The notes: generated by a model not told the origin, from the letters alone. Positions 49,940 through 60,773 are shown, counted from the first letter of the stretch. The stretch is DNA of 64,000 nucleotides from Spirochaetia bacterium (GCA_965203515.1 OZ241907.1:3552001-3616000); one strand, 5' to 3'. Made by a program: numbers and translations.

Positions 49940-51073
49940 TCATGCCGCGCCGCCCGGCGGCCGCAGGCCGCGCACGGTCGCTATGACGTCCGGGTCGTGG
50001 GTGCGTATCCAGCTCGGCCGCGCCTCCAGCAGCAGGTGGGAGAGGATGATGCGGCTGGTCAGGCTCTCCTTGCGCGGGCAGTTGATCAGCACCGGGCAGC
50101 CGCGCGCCTCCAGCCGGCGGGCGGCCGCGATCGCCTCCATCTGCAGATCGACCTTGCGGTATTCGTCCAGGTCGGGATGGACGATGCCGGTGTTGGGATC
50201 GACGTACACCTCCGCCGCCCCGGCGGCCCGCGCGGCGTCGGCGCGGGCCGCCAGGGCGGCGGTCATCCGTGCGGCGTCGTGCGCGATCGGCGCGCTGCCG
50301 CGCATCCGCGCCGGATCGCCGTAGGGCAGGTGGACCAGCGCCAGCGCCGCGCCGCGCTCGCCGGCGCGGCGGCACAGCTCGTCCGGGAGCCGTTCGCCGG
50401 TGAAGTCGATCATGGCCGCGCCGGCGTCGAGCGCCCAGAGCGCGGTGGCGGCGCTCCAGGTCTCCACCGCCACGCGAAAGCCGCCCGCGATCAGGGGCGG
50501 CAGCGCCGGCCGCAGCCGCTCGATCTCCTCGCCGTCGCTCAGGCGCCGGGCGCCCGGCGCCGGATTGGTCGAGCGGGCGCCCAGCTCGATCAGCTCGCAT
50601 CCCGCGCCGCGCAGGCGCTCGGCGCGCTCGACGATCCGTTCCCGGCCGACCGCCACCGACGGCGTGACGCGCGATTCGGGCGACAGGTTGACGACCCCCA
50701 GCAGCCGCGGAAACGGCCGCGGCCGGCGGCGGACCACCTCCACCGCGGCGGCCTGCGCGGCGCGGACCGCGTCCGGCTTGCGCACCAGGACCCGCGCTTC
50801 CCGCACGCCGGGACGGCGCAGGCAGAGCGCGGCCAGCGCCTCGGCCAGCGACTCCAGCAACCGGTGTCGGCCGCGCTGAGCCTCGGCGGCCGCCGCTTCG
50901 GCCAGCTCGGCATAGTCGATCGTGTCGGCCAGCCGGCCGCTCGCCGCCGCCGGCGCCAGATCGATCGCCATCGACAGCGTGATCCGCACCTCCTGGGGCG
51001 CGCGCCGTTCCCACGGGTGGATGCCGACGATGCAGCTCACCCGCAGGTCGTCGATCGCGATCCGATCGTGCAT
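49940..51073 (-). CDS. folB: Dihydroneopterin aldolase fused to a divergent dihydropteroate synthase-like domain
   Basis: N-terminal GIHPWER..Q, TIDY, LLESLA, KP. C-terminal TIM-barrel-like motifs GVVNLSPES, ELGARST, DP, RK, RTHD. Confidence 0.8.
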   Translation of the reverse strand: MHDRIAIDDLRVSCIVGIHPWERRAPQEVRITLSMAIDLAPAAASGRLADTIDYAELAEAAAAEAQRGRHRLLESLAEALAALCLRRPGVREARVLVRKPDAVRAAQAAAVEVVRRRPRPFPRLLGVVNLSPESRVTPSVAVGRERIVERAERLRGAGCELIELGARSTNPAPGARRLSDGEEIERLRPALPPLIAGGFRVAVETWSAATALWALDAGAAMIDFTGERLPDELCRRAGERGAALALVHLPYGDPARMRGSAPIAHDAARMTAALAARADAARAAGAAEVYVDPNTGIVHPDLDEYRKVDLQMEAIAAARRLEARGCPVLINCPRKESLTSRIILSHLLLEARPSWIRTHDPDVIATVRGLRPPGGAA

Positions 51074-51138
51074 GGCCGGCACTCTACGGACTGCCGGCGG
51101 CGCGGACAACGGCGGGCGGGCCGTGGTATGAGTGGAGC

Positions 51139-52092
51139 ATGCTCAAACGTCCCAGGATCGCCGTGATCGGCGCCGGCAACGTCGGCGCCACCTGCGCCCA
51201 CTGGCTGGTCGCCCGGGAGCTGGGCGACGTGGTGCTGCTCGACATCCCCCAGGTCGCCGCGCAGACCAGGGGCAAGGCGCTCGATCTGTACGAGGCTACG
51301 CCGATCGAGCGGCTCGACTGCCGCGTCACCGGCACCGACGACTACGCGGAGCTGGCCGGCGCCGACGTCGTGGTGCTGACCGCCGGCTCGCCGCGCCGGC
51401 CCGGCATGAGCCGCGACGACCTGATCAAGGTGAACGCCGGCATCGTCGCCGGCGTCGCCGCCCAGGTGCGCGAGCGCGTGCCCGACTCCATCTTCATCGT
51501 CATGACCAATCCGCTCGACGCCATGGTCTACGCCGCCTGGAAGGCGAGCGGCTTTCCGCGCGAGCGGATCGTCGGCCAGGCCGGCTGCCTGGACGTGGCG
51601 CGCTTCAAGACCTTCATCGCCGAGGAGACCGGCTACAGCGTGGAGGACATCAACGCGTTGCTGCTCGGCGGGCACGGCGACGACATGGTGCCGCTGCCCC
51701 GCTTCACCAACGTCGGCGGCATTCCGGTGACCGAGCTGATGAGCGCCGAGCGGCTGCATGCGCTGGTGGAGCGCACCAAGGCCGGCGGCGGCGAGATCGT
51801 GGAGCTGATGGGAACCAGCTCCTATTACGCGGCGTCGGCCGCCATCCTGCAGATGGTCGAGTCGATCGTCCGCGACAAGAAGCGCATCCTGCCGTGCGCG
51901 GCGCTCTGTCGGGGCGAGTACGGCGTGGACGGCCTCTTCGTCGGCGTGCCGTGCGTGCTCGGCGCCGGCGGCGTGGAGCGGATCATCGAGGTGCGGCTCG
52001 ACGCCGGCGAGCGCGCGGCGTTCGCCGGCTCGGCCGGCCACGTGCGCGAGCTGGTCGAGGCGGTGCGCGCGCTGTTTCCGGAGCTCGCCTGA
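51139..52092 (+). CDS. mdh: Malate dehydrogenase (LDH-like)
   Basis: [34 protein letters not shown]. Confidence 0.95.
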   Translation: MLKRPRIAVIGAGNVGATCAHWLVARELGDVVLLDIPQVAAQTRGKALDLYEATPIERLDCRVTGTDDYAELAGADVVVLTAGSPRRPGMSRDDLIKVNAGIVAGVAAQVRERVPDSIFIVMTNPLDAMVYAAWKASGFPRERIVGQAGCLDVARFKTFIAEETGYSVEDINALLLGGHGDDMVPLPRFTNVGGIPVTELMSAERLHALVERTKAGGGEIVELMGTSSYYAASAAILQMVESIVRDKKRILPCAALCRGEYGVDGLFVGVPCVLGAGGVERIIEVRLDAGERAAFAGSAGHVRELVEAVRALFPELA

Positions 52093-52093
52093 C

Positions 52094-53500
52094 GTGGCGC
52101 ACCCGGCGGCCGGCTTTCGCGAGGAGACCGACTCGCTCGGCGCGGTGCGCGTGCCGGCCGATCGCTATTGGGGGGCGCAGACCGAGCGGTCGCGCGCCAA
52201 CTTTCGCATCGGCGGCGAGCGCATGCCGGTCGAGGTGGTGCGCGCCCTGGGCATCGTCAAGAAGGCGGCGGCGATCGCCAACGCCGAGCTGGGCGTGCTG
52301 GAGGAAGGCGCGCGCGACCTGATCGTGCGCGCCGCCGACCAGATCATCGCCGGCGAGCTGGACGACCAGTTCCCGCTGGTCGTCTGGCAGACCGGCAGCG
52401 GCACGCAGTCGAACATGAACGTCAACGAGGTGATCGCCAACCGCGCCATCGAGCTGGCCGGCGGCCGGCTCGGCAGCAAGACGCCGATCCACCCCAACGA
52501 CGACGTCAACCGCTCGCAGTCGTCCAACGACGCCTTTCCCACCGCCATGCACGTGGCCGCGGTCGCGGCGCTGCGCGGCCGCCTGCTGCCGGCCGCGGCG
52601 GCGCTGCAGGAGGCGCTCGCCGCCCGGCGCGACGCGTTTGCGCGGATCGTCAAGATCGGCCGCACGCACCTGATGGACGCCGTGCCGCTCACCCTGGGCC
52701 AGGAGTTCTCCGGCTACGCGGAACAGGTCGGGCGCGGCCGGCAGCGGGTCGAGCGCGCGCTGCCCGATCTCTGCGAGCTGGCGTTGGGCGGCACCGCGGT
52801 CGGCACCGGGCTGAACGCGCCGCCGGGGTTCGCCGCGCGGGCCGCGGCGTGGATCGCGCGGCTCACCGGCGAGCCGTTCGTCACCGCTCCCAACAAGTTC
52901 GAGGCGCTGGCCGCGCACGACGCGATCGTGGAGGCGTCCGGCGCCCTGAAGACGCTGGCGGCGGCGCTGATGAAGATCGCCAACGACATCCGCTGGCTCG
53001 GTTCCGGGCCGCGTTCGGGGCTGGGCGAGCTGCGGTTGCCGGAGAACGAGCCGGGCAGCTCCATCATGCCGGGCAAGGTCAACCCCACGCAGTGCGAGGC
53101 GCTCACCATGGTCTGCGCGCGCGTGTTCGGCAACGATGCCGCCATCACCGTGGCCGGCGCCTCCGGCGCCTTCGAGTTGAACGTCTTCAAGCCGCTGCTG
53201 ATCGACAGCCTGCTGCAGTCGATCCGGCTGCTGGCCGACGGCATGGCCAGCTTCGCCGAGCACTGCGTGGCCGGCATCGAGCCGGACCGGGAACGGATCG
53301 CGGAGCTGGTGCGGCGGTCGCTCATGCTGGTGACCGCCATCACCCCCCACGTCGGCTACGACAAGGCGGCGGCGATCGCCCGGACCGCCCATCGCGAAGG
53401 GATCACGCTGCGCCAGGCGGCGGTCCGCAGCGGCCACCTGACCGCCGATCAGTACGACCGTTGGGTCCGCCCCGAACGGATGGTGCGGGACCAGCGCTGA
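52094..53500 (+). CDS. fumC: Class II fumarate hydratase
   Basis: [43 protein letters not shown]. Confidence 0.96.
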   Translation: MAHPAAGFREETDSLGAVRVPADRYWGAQTERSRANFRIGGERMPVEVVRALGIVKKAAAIANAELGVLEEGARDLIVRAADQIIAGELDDQFPLVVWQTGSGTQSNMNVNEVIANRAIELAGGRLGSKTPIHPNDDVNRSQSSNDAFPTAMHVAAVAALRGRLLPAAAALQEALAARRDAFARIVKIGRTHLMDAVPLTLGQEFSGYAEQVGRGRQRVERALPDLCELALGGTAVGTGLNAPPGFAARAAAWIARLTGEPFVTAPNKFEALAAHDAIVEASGALKTLAAALMKIANDIRWLGSGPRSGLGELRLPENEPGSSIMPGKVNPTQCEALTMVCARVFGNDAAITVAGASGAFELNVFKPLLIDSLLQSIRLLADGMASFAEHCVAGIEPDRERIAELVRRSLMLVTAITPHVGYDKAAAIARTAHREGITLRQAAVRSGHLTADQYDRWVRPERMVRDQR

Positions 53501-53585
53501 GTCGGATTGAAACCGAGCGGCAAAAGCAGTATACTCCCGTGCCCGCAAGAGCTCCGCCCGAAGAAGCGAAGAATCAGAGGCCGAC

Positions 53586-56500
53586 TTGAAGACGCATCAC
53601 CCCCCCCCCCCCCCCCCCCCCCATGAGGTTCCGAACGTGGTAAGGAGCCGGCGCTCGGTTGGCGCCCTGCTCGCGCTCTGGGCCGCCGCGGCCGTGGTCT
53701 GGTGGGCCGCGCCCGCGGAGCGGGCCATGGCGCAGACCGTCCCCGATACGACGCCGGTGAACATCCCCGACGCCAACCTGCGGGCGCTCCTGGAAACTCG
53801 TCTGGGCAAGGCCGCCGGAGCGACGATCACCCGTGCGGAGATGGCGGCCCATACCGGGTACCTTTGGGGGTCGCCCCCTAGGCGGACGCAGAGCTTCGAC
53901 CACGCCAACTGGAACAGCCATCTTATTCACGCTCCCGTCTCTTTTATTCCCACTCCCACGGCCCCCGCTACCGTCATCAGGGATCTGACGGGACTGGAAT
54001 ACCTGACGGCGATCCAGGGGCTCAGGATGATCCGCAACCGGATCACGGACCTCAGGCCGCTGGCCGGCCTCACCGAAATGCGCCGCCTGTGGCTTGATGA
54101 GAACCTGATATCGGACCTCTCGCCGCTACGAGGCCTCCCCCTGGACCAACTGTCCCTCAAACTCAACCCGGTCTCGGACCTCTCGCCGCTGGCCGGCATG
54201 GTCTGGCTGGCCACCTTCAACTGCGACAAATGCCAAATCTCGGACATCTCGCCGCTGGCCGGCCTGACGCGCCTCAGATCCCTGGACCTCCAGAACAACT
54301 ACATCAGCGACATCTCGCCGCTGACCCGCGTCAACGATCTGGCGGAGGTGTTCCTCTCGGATAATCGCATCTCGGACCTCTCCCCGCTGGCCGACCGCAA
54401 CCTGCGGACCCTGGCCGCCGCCGGCAACCGGATCACGGACCTCTCGCCGCTGCGAAACTCACTGAACATGGAAACGCTGGACCTCAATGGCAACCAAGGG
54501 CTCAGGGACGTTTCCGTGGTGGAGCGCATGGTCGCGTTGAAGGTCTTGAGGCTGGACGGGACCGATGTCAGGGACCTCTCGCCGCTGGTCGCAAACACCG
54601 GGCTCGGTTCCGGGGACCAGGTCTATCTGCGCAACCTCCCGAATCTGAACGCCGACGCCGAACAGCACGTCGCGACCCTGCGAGGCAGGGGCGTCTCCGT
54701 ACGGACGAGCAGTCCGCTGCGCGTGGACAAGACGGTGCGGGGCGTGGCCGTGACGCCCGGGGTGGAGCGGCTGACGGTCACCTGGAACCCGCCGACGGTG
54801 GGGTACACCCCCGGATTCCAACGGGTCTATTGGTGGTTCGGGTTCCAAGACCGTTCGTCGGCCTTCACCCCGCCCCAGCACCATGACGTCCCCGGCGACG
54901 CGTCCAGCTACACCATCCCGAACCTCACCCCCGGCGTCGTGTACAAGGTGCAGATCTACCCTCTCAGTCCCACGGGGAATTTGTCCGCCATAGCCTCCGG
55001 CATACCGCTGGCGCCGGCGACCGAACCGGACGCCGTGACCGTGCGGCCGGGCGTGGAGAGCCTCATCGTCTCCTGGGTGCGGGTCGCCGACGCGAGCGGC
55101 TACAAGCTGCAGTGGAAGTCCGGCGAACGGGATTACGATCCTGCGGCCCGGCAGGCGCAGGTCGCCGGCGCGGACGCCACGCGCTACACCGTCGCCGGCC
55201 TCACCGCCGGTACCGAGTACACGGTGCGCGTGATCCCCACCAGGGCCGACCTCCCCGACGCCGGGCCGCTCGGCGAGGCGACCGGCACCCCCCTGGCGCA
55301 GCTCGAAGTGACGGTCGCCGATGCGGTCGTGGTGGAAGGCGAAGAGGCCGAGATCCGGGTCGCGCTGGACCGGCCGGTCAAGGTCCCGGTGACGGTGACC
55401 TGGACCACGGCGGACGGCACCGCCAGGGCGGGCGCAGACTACCGGGCGCAGGACGGCCGCCTGACGTTCCAGCCGGGCGCCGAGGAGGCGTCGTTCAAGG
55501 TGACGACGCTCGACGACCGGCAGGTGGAGCCGGCGGAGACGTTCCGGGTGCTCTTGACCGGCACGGAACAGGCGTCGGTGACCGTGACGATCACCGACGA
55601 CGATGCCGGGCCGGCGCGCGCCCGGGCGCTCGGCATGGTGCTGGCCGGCATGGGCCGCTGGGCCGCCGCGGACGCGGTGGAGGTGATCGCGGGGCGGTTC
55701 GACGACCGGCGCATCGGTGCCGACCGACCGGCGGCGCCGGCGCAGGTGAGCTTGGCCGGCCAGCCGCTCGCCCTGCCGGGAGGCGGGTCGCAGGCAGCGG
55801 CTTCGCCGGCGGCGCCCGCGCCGGGCGCGCGCTTGGCCGGCTACCGCCTGGAGCCGGGGCGGTCGTCGCGCGCCGTGTCGCCAATGGAGTTGTCGCCGGC
55901 GGAGTTGTCGCCGGCGGAGTTGATCGCGCAGAGTCGGTTCGACCTGCCGGTCGGCCGGCAGGTCGCCGGTGCGCAGGATGCCGGTGCCCAGGATGCCGGT
56001 GCCCAGGATGCCGGCGCGCCCGGGGATGGCCCCCCGGGCTTGCGGGTATGGGGCCGGGGTACGGCCGGCGGCTTCGCCGGCCGGCCGGCCGCCGGTTCGA
56101 GCGCCGACGGCGGTGTGGCCGGGGGGTATCTCGGCATCGACTTCGGCCTGCGGCATGACCTGCTGATGGGCGTGGCGTTCGCCCATAGCCGGGGCGGCGC
56201 CGATTACGCGATCGACTCGGTCACCGGCGGCAAGGCCGACCTGTCGGTGACGAGCGTGCTGCCCTACGCGCACTGGCGTCCGCACGCCGGTCTGGGGGTG
56301 TGGAGCCTGCTGGGCGTCGGCGTGGGCGGCGCGGCGTTGCAGGACGAGGCCGGCCGGGTCGAGACCAGCCTGCTGATGTGGATGGCGGCGGCCGGCTTGA
56401 GGCACGAGATGGCGACGTGGCGGGAGATCGACGTGGCGTTGCATGCCGATGCGTTCCTGACCGACTGGATGACCGGCGCCCGGGCCGGGCTGCCGCACGT

Positions 56501-57146
56501 CACGGTGGAAGCGTGGCGGCTGCGGCTGCGGTTGGAAGGCAGCCGGCCGTGGGACATCTCGCCGGTCTCGCGGCTGACGCCGAGCGTCGAGGTCGGCGGC
56601 CGGTTGGACGGCGGCGGCATAGAGTACGGGCTGGGCCTGGAAGTGGGCGGCGGCCTTGCCTGGACGCAGAGCGACCTGGGTCTGCAGGTCGAGGCGCAGG
56701 GCCGCTCGCTGCTGGCGCACCAGAAGGGTGTAGCTGAGTGGGGCGGCGGCCTGACGGCGAAGTTCGATCCGGGGCAGGCCGGCCTGGGGCCGTGGCTGAC
56801 GTTCGCGTCGGGCTGGGGCCGGGAGCAGAGCCAGGCGGCGCGGATGTGGGAGAGCCGGGACGTGTTCGGCGCCGGCGCGCGCGCGGACTCCGACGGCGCC
56901 GGGCAAGCGCCGGAGCTGGCGCTGGCGCCGGACCGGCTGGCTTTGGAGGCCGGCTATGGGGTGGCGACGGACGGCGCGGGTCTGCTGACGCCGTATGCCG
57001 GGCTGTCGATGGCCGGGTCGGAGGTGAGCGCCTACCGGCTCGGCGCGCGGCTGCAGGCCGGGAGCCGGATGAGCCTGAGCCTGGAAGGCCGGCAGTCGCC
57101 GGCCGCCGGCTACGCGGTCATGCTCAACGGTCAGCTCGACTGGTAG
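53586..57146 (+). CDS. Large surface protein: internalin-like LRRs, two FN3-like domains, Calx-beta-like domain, C-terminal autotransporter-like beta-barrel
   Basis: Signal peptide ending AMA-Q, NIPDANLR cap, N.ISDLSPL repeats, LTVTW...YTIPNLTPGVVYKV, TADGTARAGADY...DDRQVEPAETF, and a C-terminal Trp. Confidence 0.85.
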   Translation: MKTHHPPPPPPPHEVPNVVRSRRSVGALLALWAAAAVVWWAAPAERAMAQTVPDTTPVNIPDANLRALLETRLGKAAGATITRAEMAAHTGYLWGSPPRRTQSFDHANWNSHLIHAPVSFIPTPTAPATVIRDLTGLEYLTAIQGLRMIRNRITDLRPLAGLTEMRRLWLDENLISDLSPLRGLPLDQLSLKLNPVSDLSPLAGMVWLATFNCDKCQISDISPLAGLTRLRSLDLQNNYISDISPLTRVNDLAEVFLSDNRISDLSPLADRNLRTLAAAGNRITDLSPLRNSLNMETLDLNGNQGLRDVSVVERMVALKVLRLDGTDVRDLSPLVANTGLGSGDQVYLRNLPNLNADAEQHVATLRGRGVSVRTSSPLRVDKTVRGVAVTPGVERLTVTWNPPTVGYTPGFQRVYWWFGFQDRSSAFTPPQHHDVPGDASSYTIPNLTPGVVYKVQIYPLSPTGNLSAIASGIPLAPATEPDAVTVRPGVESLIVSWVRVADASGYKLQWKSGERDYDPAARQAQVAGADATRYTVAGLTAGTEYTVRVIPTRADLPDAGPLGEATGTPLAQLEVTVADAVVVEGEEAEIRVALDRPVKVPVTVTWTTADGTARAGADYRAQDGRLTFQPGAEEASFKVTTLDDRQVEPAETFRVLLTGTEQASVTVTITDDDAGPARARALGMVLAGMGRWAAADAVEVIAGRFDDRRIGADRPAAPAQVSLAGQPLALPGGGSQAAASPAAPAPGARLAGYRLEPGRSSRAVSPMELSPAELSPAELIAQSRFDLPVGRQVAGAQDAGAQDAGAQDAGAPGDGPPGLRVWGRGTAGGFAGRPAAGSSADGGVAGGYLGIDFGLRHDLLMGVAFAHSRGGADYAIDSVTGGKADLSVTSVLPYAHWRPHAGLGVWSLLGVGVGGAALQDEAGRVETSLLMWMAAAGLRHEMATWREIDVALHADAFLTDWMTGARAGLPHVTVEAWRLRLRLEGSRPWDISPVSRLTPSVEVGGRLDGGGIEYGLGLEVGGGLAWTQSDLGLQVEAQGRSLLAHQKGVAEWGGGLTAKFDPGQAGLGPWLTFASGWGREQSQAARMWESRDVFGAGARADSDGAGQAPELALAPDRLALEAGYGVATDGAGLLTPYAGLSMAGSEVSAYRLGARLQAGSRMSLSLEGRQSPAAGYAVMLNGQLDW
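53600..53622 (+). repeat. C23 homopolymer inside the 5' coding region
   Basis: Uninterrupted C run encoding poly-Pro between the TTG start and the signal peptide. Confidence 0.9.
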
Positions 57147-57204
57147 ACCGAGCGGACAAGGCGCGTCGGACTGACGTGCGTGACGACGGGTAGACTCGAG
57201 ACCC

Positions 57205-57446
57205 GACCTGGGATATCTTGATTATCATCATACGAAACACATGCTCGTCATCTATCTGCCGAACATTGCAGAAACATAGGATTGAAAGCGGTGGCGCTGG
57301 AAGATGACCACGAGCTGCAGAAAGCAGTGCTCGCTCTACACCATTCCTGCATTCATACCCTTGGCTCTACCTCTGCCTTCAAACTGATCGAGAACCATAA
57401 CGGCATCGCCTTCATACAAACTGCCCGGGACGTGATCGTTCAATAG
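57205..57446 (+). pseudogene. Low-GC C-terminal remnant, resembling an S49/ClpP-class serine protease
   Basis: Manual translation HARHLSAEHCRNIGLKAVALEDDHELQKAVLALHHSCIHTLGSTSAFKLIENHNGIAF*, with no start. Family recalled from memory. Confidence 0.5.
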
Positions 57447-57469
57447 CGTTCGGTGCCGGAGATCGTCAT

Positions 57470-57976
57470 CGAACCGCATCGTCGAAGGTCTGCGTCGTAA
57501 ACTTGGACTGCCCTGATACGCCGCCCTTGATCTCGGCGATCTTGATCACCGACTTCGCCTTCGGCAGCGGGGCTGAACGGGACCGGCATCTGACGATCCT
57601 CGCCGGGGCGGCCGCCGACTCCGGCGCCGGCGTGGCGGGGTGATGAGCGGCGCACAGCAGCCGGAGATTGTTCGGCTCGGCGTCGCCGCCGCGGGCGTTT
57701 TTAGGTCCGCCGCCGGCTTCGCGCACGCGGCAACCTGCCGGCCGAGGCGCCGCGTCTTCGGCGCCGAAGTGGTGTTGCCCGCCGGCTCGCCGCCGAAGTG
57801 TCCGGGCGGTCCGGGACGCGACCCGCCTGCAGCAGCGGCTTCGTCTCCCGGCTGCCCCGCCTGAGCCGATACCTTCGCCGCCGAAGGAGCGGTACTGTCT
57901 GCGCTGGCGCTGCCGAAGCGGCGCCGCGATCCGAGGCCGTCTGCGTCTTCGCCGCCGAAGTCTGTTCGGCACCTGC
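57470..57976 (-). pseudogene. Degraded partial copy of the HNH endonuclease gene
   Basis: Colinear similarity to about 59300-59965, with deletions removing the HNH core and the whole 5' half. Confidence 0.85.
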
Positions 57977-58096
57977 TGCCCCGGGTGGAGATCAACGACG
58001 CTGACAAGAACGAATTTCATGTCGGTAATCTACCAGCTTGACCGATGAAAGATCTGGATCTGCGCGCGGGCCAGTCCATGTGCTACGATGCTTACG

Positions 58097-59176
58097 ATGG
58101 CATCCGCACGCGAGGCGCGCCCCCGGTACGACGAGCAGTACAAGCAGCTGTTCGCGTTCCCGCGCATGGTCGAGGACCTGTTGCGCGCCTTCGTCGGCGA
58201 TCAACTCGGCGCCAGCGACTTTTCGACGTTGCGGAAGCTGTCGTCCGATTACGTCAGCGATGAACTGCTCAAGCGCCGCGGCGACACCGTATGGCGGCTG
58301 CGCATGGGCGACGGCTGGGCCTGCCTGCTGTTGCTCCTGGAGTTTCAATCGCGCGACGATCGGTACATGGCGCTGCGCATCCTGAGCTACACCAGCCTGC
58401 TGTACCAGGAACTGGTGCGCAACAAGGCGCCGGAGGCGCGCGCGGCGCTGCCGGCGGTGCTGCCCGTCGTGCTGTACAACGGCGCGCCGCGGTGGCGTGC
58501 GCCGCAGGAGATCGGCGAACTGATCGCGCCGGTGGCGGAGGGGCTGGCGCCGTACCAACCGTCGCAGCGGTACTTGGTGATCGAGGAGCAGCACGTAGCG
58601 GCGGACGCGGTGCCGAGCGGCAATCTGATGCGGGCGGTGATCGGGTTGGAGCAGAGCCGCACGCCGGCGGACCTGATCCGGGTAGCTGACGCGCTGCCGG
58701 AGTGGCTGGCGGGGTCGGAGAACGTCGAGTTGCGGAGGGTGTTCGTCGACTGGCTGACGAGTTCGATCGGGCAGTTCATGCCGGCCGGTGAGGAGCTGCC
58801 GGCGATGGAGAGCCTGGAGGAGGTACGGATGACGCTGAAAGAACGCTTGAGGGAGTGGCCCGCGCAGTGGATGCGGGAAGGTCGCGAGCAGGGCCTCGAA
58901 CAAGGTCTCGAGCAGGGCCTCGAACAAGGTCTCGAGCGGGGCCTCGCACAGGGTCTCGAGCGGGGCCTCGAACACGAACGGGCGCTGCTCTGCCGTATGG
59001 CAGCGTTGCGGTTCGGTGCGGAGGCGAGCGAGCGTTTGGCGGTTCTGTTGGCCAACGTCGCGGAAGCGGATCGACTGGCCGATATAGGCGACCGGCTGGT
59101 GCAATGCCGCGCCGCCGACGAATTTCTGACGCAAGCAGAGCTGTTATCACGCGGTCGTGACGGCCGCCAAACCTGA
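58097..59176 (+). CDS. Rpn-family PD-(D/E)XK nuclease (copy B1, full length)
   Basis: YDEQYKQLF, RRGDTVWRL, LLLEFQS, MALRILSY, LPVVLYNG, and QGLE tetrad repeats. Confidence 0.88.
   Translation: MASAREARPRYDEQYKQLFAFPRMVEDLLRAFVGDQLGASDFSTLRKLSSDYVSDELLKRRGDTVWRLRMGDGWACLLLLLEFQSRDDRYMALRILSYTSLLYQELVRNKAPEARAALPAVLPVVLYNGAPRWRAPQEIGELIAPVAEGLAPYQPSQRYLVIEEQHVAADAVPSGNLMRAVIGLEQSRTPADLIRVADALPEWLAGSENVELRRVFVDWLTSSIGQFMPAGEELPAMESLEEVRMTLKERLREWPAQWMREGREQGLEQGLEQGLEQGLERGLAQGLERGLEHERALLCRMAALRFGAEASERLAVLLANVAEADRLADIGDRLVQCRAADEFLTQAELLSRGRDGRQT
58829..59176 (+). CDS. Putative internal RpnS-like ORF of B1
   Basis: GGAGGAGGT SD then in-frame ATG (MTLKERLREW). Confidence 0.68.
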   Translation: MTLKERLREWPAQWMREGREQGLEQGLEQGLEQGLERGLAQGLERGLEHERALLCRMAALRFGAEASERLAVLLANVAEADRLADIGDRLVQCRAADEFLTQAELLSRGRDGRQT

Positions 59177-59249
59177 GTTCCAGCGCAAGATGATCGGTTA
59201 CTTGTTGTCTTTCATGTAGGTACAGTTCATTTGCCAGATCACGTTCTGG

Positions 59250-60767
59250 CTACATCCTGGGCGTCACCCTAGTAACTCGAAGCAGCTCTACTGCAGGGCG
59301 CGAACCGCATCGAAGGTCTGCGTCGTCTCGGCGATCTTGACACCGGTGTTCGCCTTCGGCAGCGGGGCTGAACGGGACCGGCGCCTGACGATCCTCGCCG
59401 GGGCGGCCGCCGAATCCGGCGCCTGCGTGGCGGTGGCGGTGATGAGCGGCGCACAGCAGCCGGAGATTGTTCGGCTCGGCGGCGCCGCCCTGGGCATACG
59501 GCACGACGTGATCGATCTGCAGCAGGTGTTGTGAGCCGCAGCGGCGCCCGCTGGTGCGGTCCACGTAGCTGCAGCGGCCCCGGTCGCGCCGCCAGACCGA
59601 GCGCTTGACCGCCGCCGGGATGGCGCGGCCGGTCCCGCCGCCCGTCTTCGCTGCCGAAGTTTCGGTCCGCGGCGGGGGCGGCGCCGCCCGTTGCGTGCAC
59701 GCTGCAGCTTGCCGGCCGAGGCGCCGCGTCTTCGCCGCCGAAGTTGCGTCGCCCGCCGGCGTAGCTGCCGAAGTGTCCGGGCGGTCCGGGCCGCGGTCCG
59801 CCTTCAGCGGCGCGGCTTCGTCTCCCGGCTGCGCCGCCGGCTGAGCCGATCCCTTCGCCGCCGAAGGAGCGGCGCTGTCCGATCGGGCATCCTGCTTCGC
59901 TGCTGAAGCCGTGCCGCGAGCCGAGGCCGTCCGCGTCTTCGCCGCCGAAGTCTGCTCGGCGCCTGCGGCGCGGGAGCCGGTACGCCGCCCGCGCGGCGGT
60001 CGGGCCGGATCGTGGCGGTCGAGCCCTTCCTGCACCAGCCGCCCCACGATCTGTCCCAACGTCATGTGCGGATCGACGTGAGACAGGAGGCCCTTGAGCC
60101 GCTCCAACCCGCGCCGGCACTCATCGTCGATGACCGCCTTGAACTCCCAGCGCCCGGTGCCCAACGGGCGCACCCGATCCGCCGGCGCCGCCAGCTCCGG
60201 GTCGACCTCGGCCAGCAGCTTCATCACCTGCCGGCTGCTCTTGCCGGCCGCCTGCTCCACCAGCGCCCGCCGCGCCGACCGGTCCAGCACCGGCGGCGGC
60301 TTCCGCTCCGCCGGCTGAGCCGGTCCCGGCGCCGAGCCGTCCTGCTGCGCGGCAGCCCCGAACCCGTCCCCGCCCGGCGCGCTGCGCGCCGCGCGATCCC
60401 TGTTGCGCTCCTGTCGGTCGAAGGCGTTCTGCAACTGCGCGGCCGTGTTGAGCGTCATCGAGCCGTCCTGCAGGCGCTCGCGCACACCGTCGATGTCTGA
60501 GCAGAGGCGCATCGCCTTGAGGCGCCGCCACGCGGCGGCGTCGCTGTAGCCGAGCTCGCGCACCGCGTAATCGAACAGGCTGGAGAACCCGCGGCGCAGA
60601 TACAGCCGGCGCTTCTGTATCTCGCGGAGGTGGTCGATGACGACGACTTCGAGGTGGTGTTCGATGCCGGACAGTTCCTTGGTCCGCTCCAACAGGCGGT
60701 CGTCGGAGAGGGCGGAAACGGTGGTCGTGATGGCAGCGTCGGCCGTGTCGGAACGAGTGCCGTTCAT
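59250..60767 (-). CDS. HNH endonuclease with helical (DUF222-like) N-terminus and low-complexity linker
   Basis: RDRGRCSY...RC...IDHVVPYAQGG...NLRLLCAAHH, and N-terminal GFSSLFDYAVRELGYS. Confidence 0.85.
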   Translation of the reverse strand: MNGTRSDTADAAITTTVSALSDDRLLERTKELSGIEHHLEVVVIDHLREIQKRRLYLRRGFSSLFDYAVRELGYSDAAAWRRLKAMRLCSDIDGVRERLQDGSMTLNTAAQLQNAFDRQERNRDRAARSAPGGDGFGAAAQQDGSAPGPAQPAERKPPPVLDRSARRALVEQAAGKSSRQVMKLLAEVDPELAAPADRVRPLGTGRWEFKAVIDDECRRGLERLKGLLSHVDPHMTLGQIVGRLVQEGLDRHDPARPPRGRRTGSRAAGAEQTSAAKTRTASARGTASAAKQDARSDSAAPSAAKGSAQPAAQPGDEAAPLKADRGPDRPDTSAATPAGDATSAAKTRRLGRQAAACTQRAAPPPPRTETSAAKTGGGTGRAIPAAVKRSVWRRDRGRCSYVDRTSGRRCGSQHLLQIDHVVPYAQGGAAEPNNLRLLCAAHHRHRHAGAGFGGRPGEDRQAPVPFSPAAEGEHRCQDRRDDADLRCGSRPAVELLRVTRVTPRM

Positions 60768-60773
60768 GGTATA

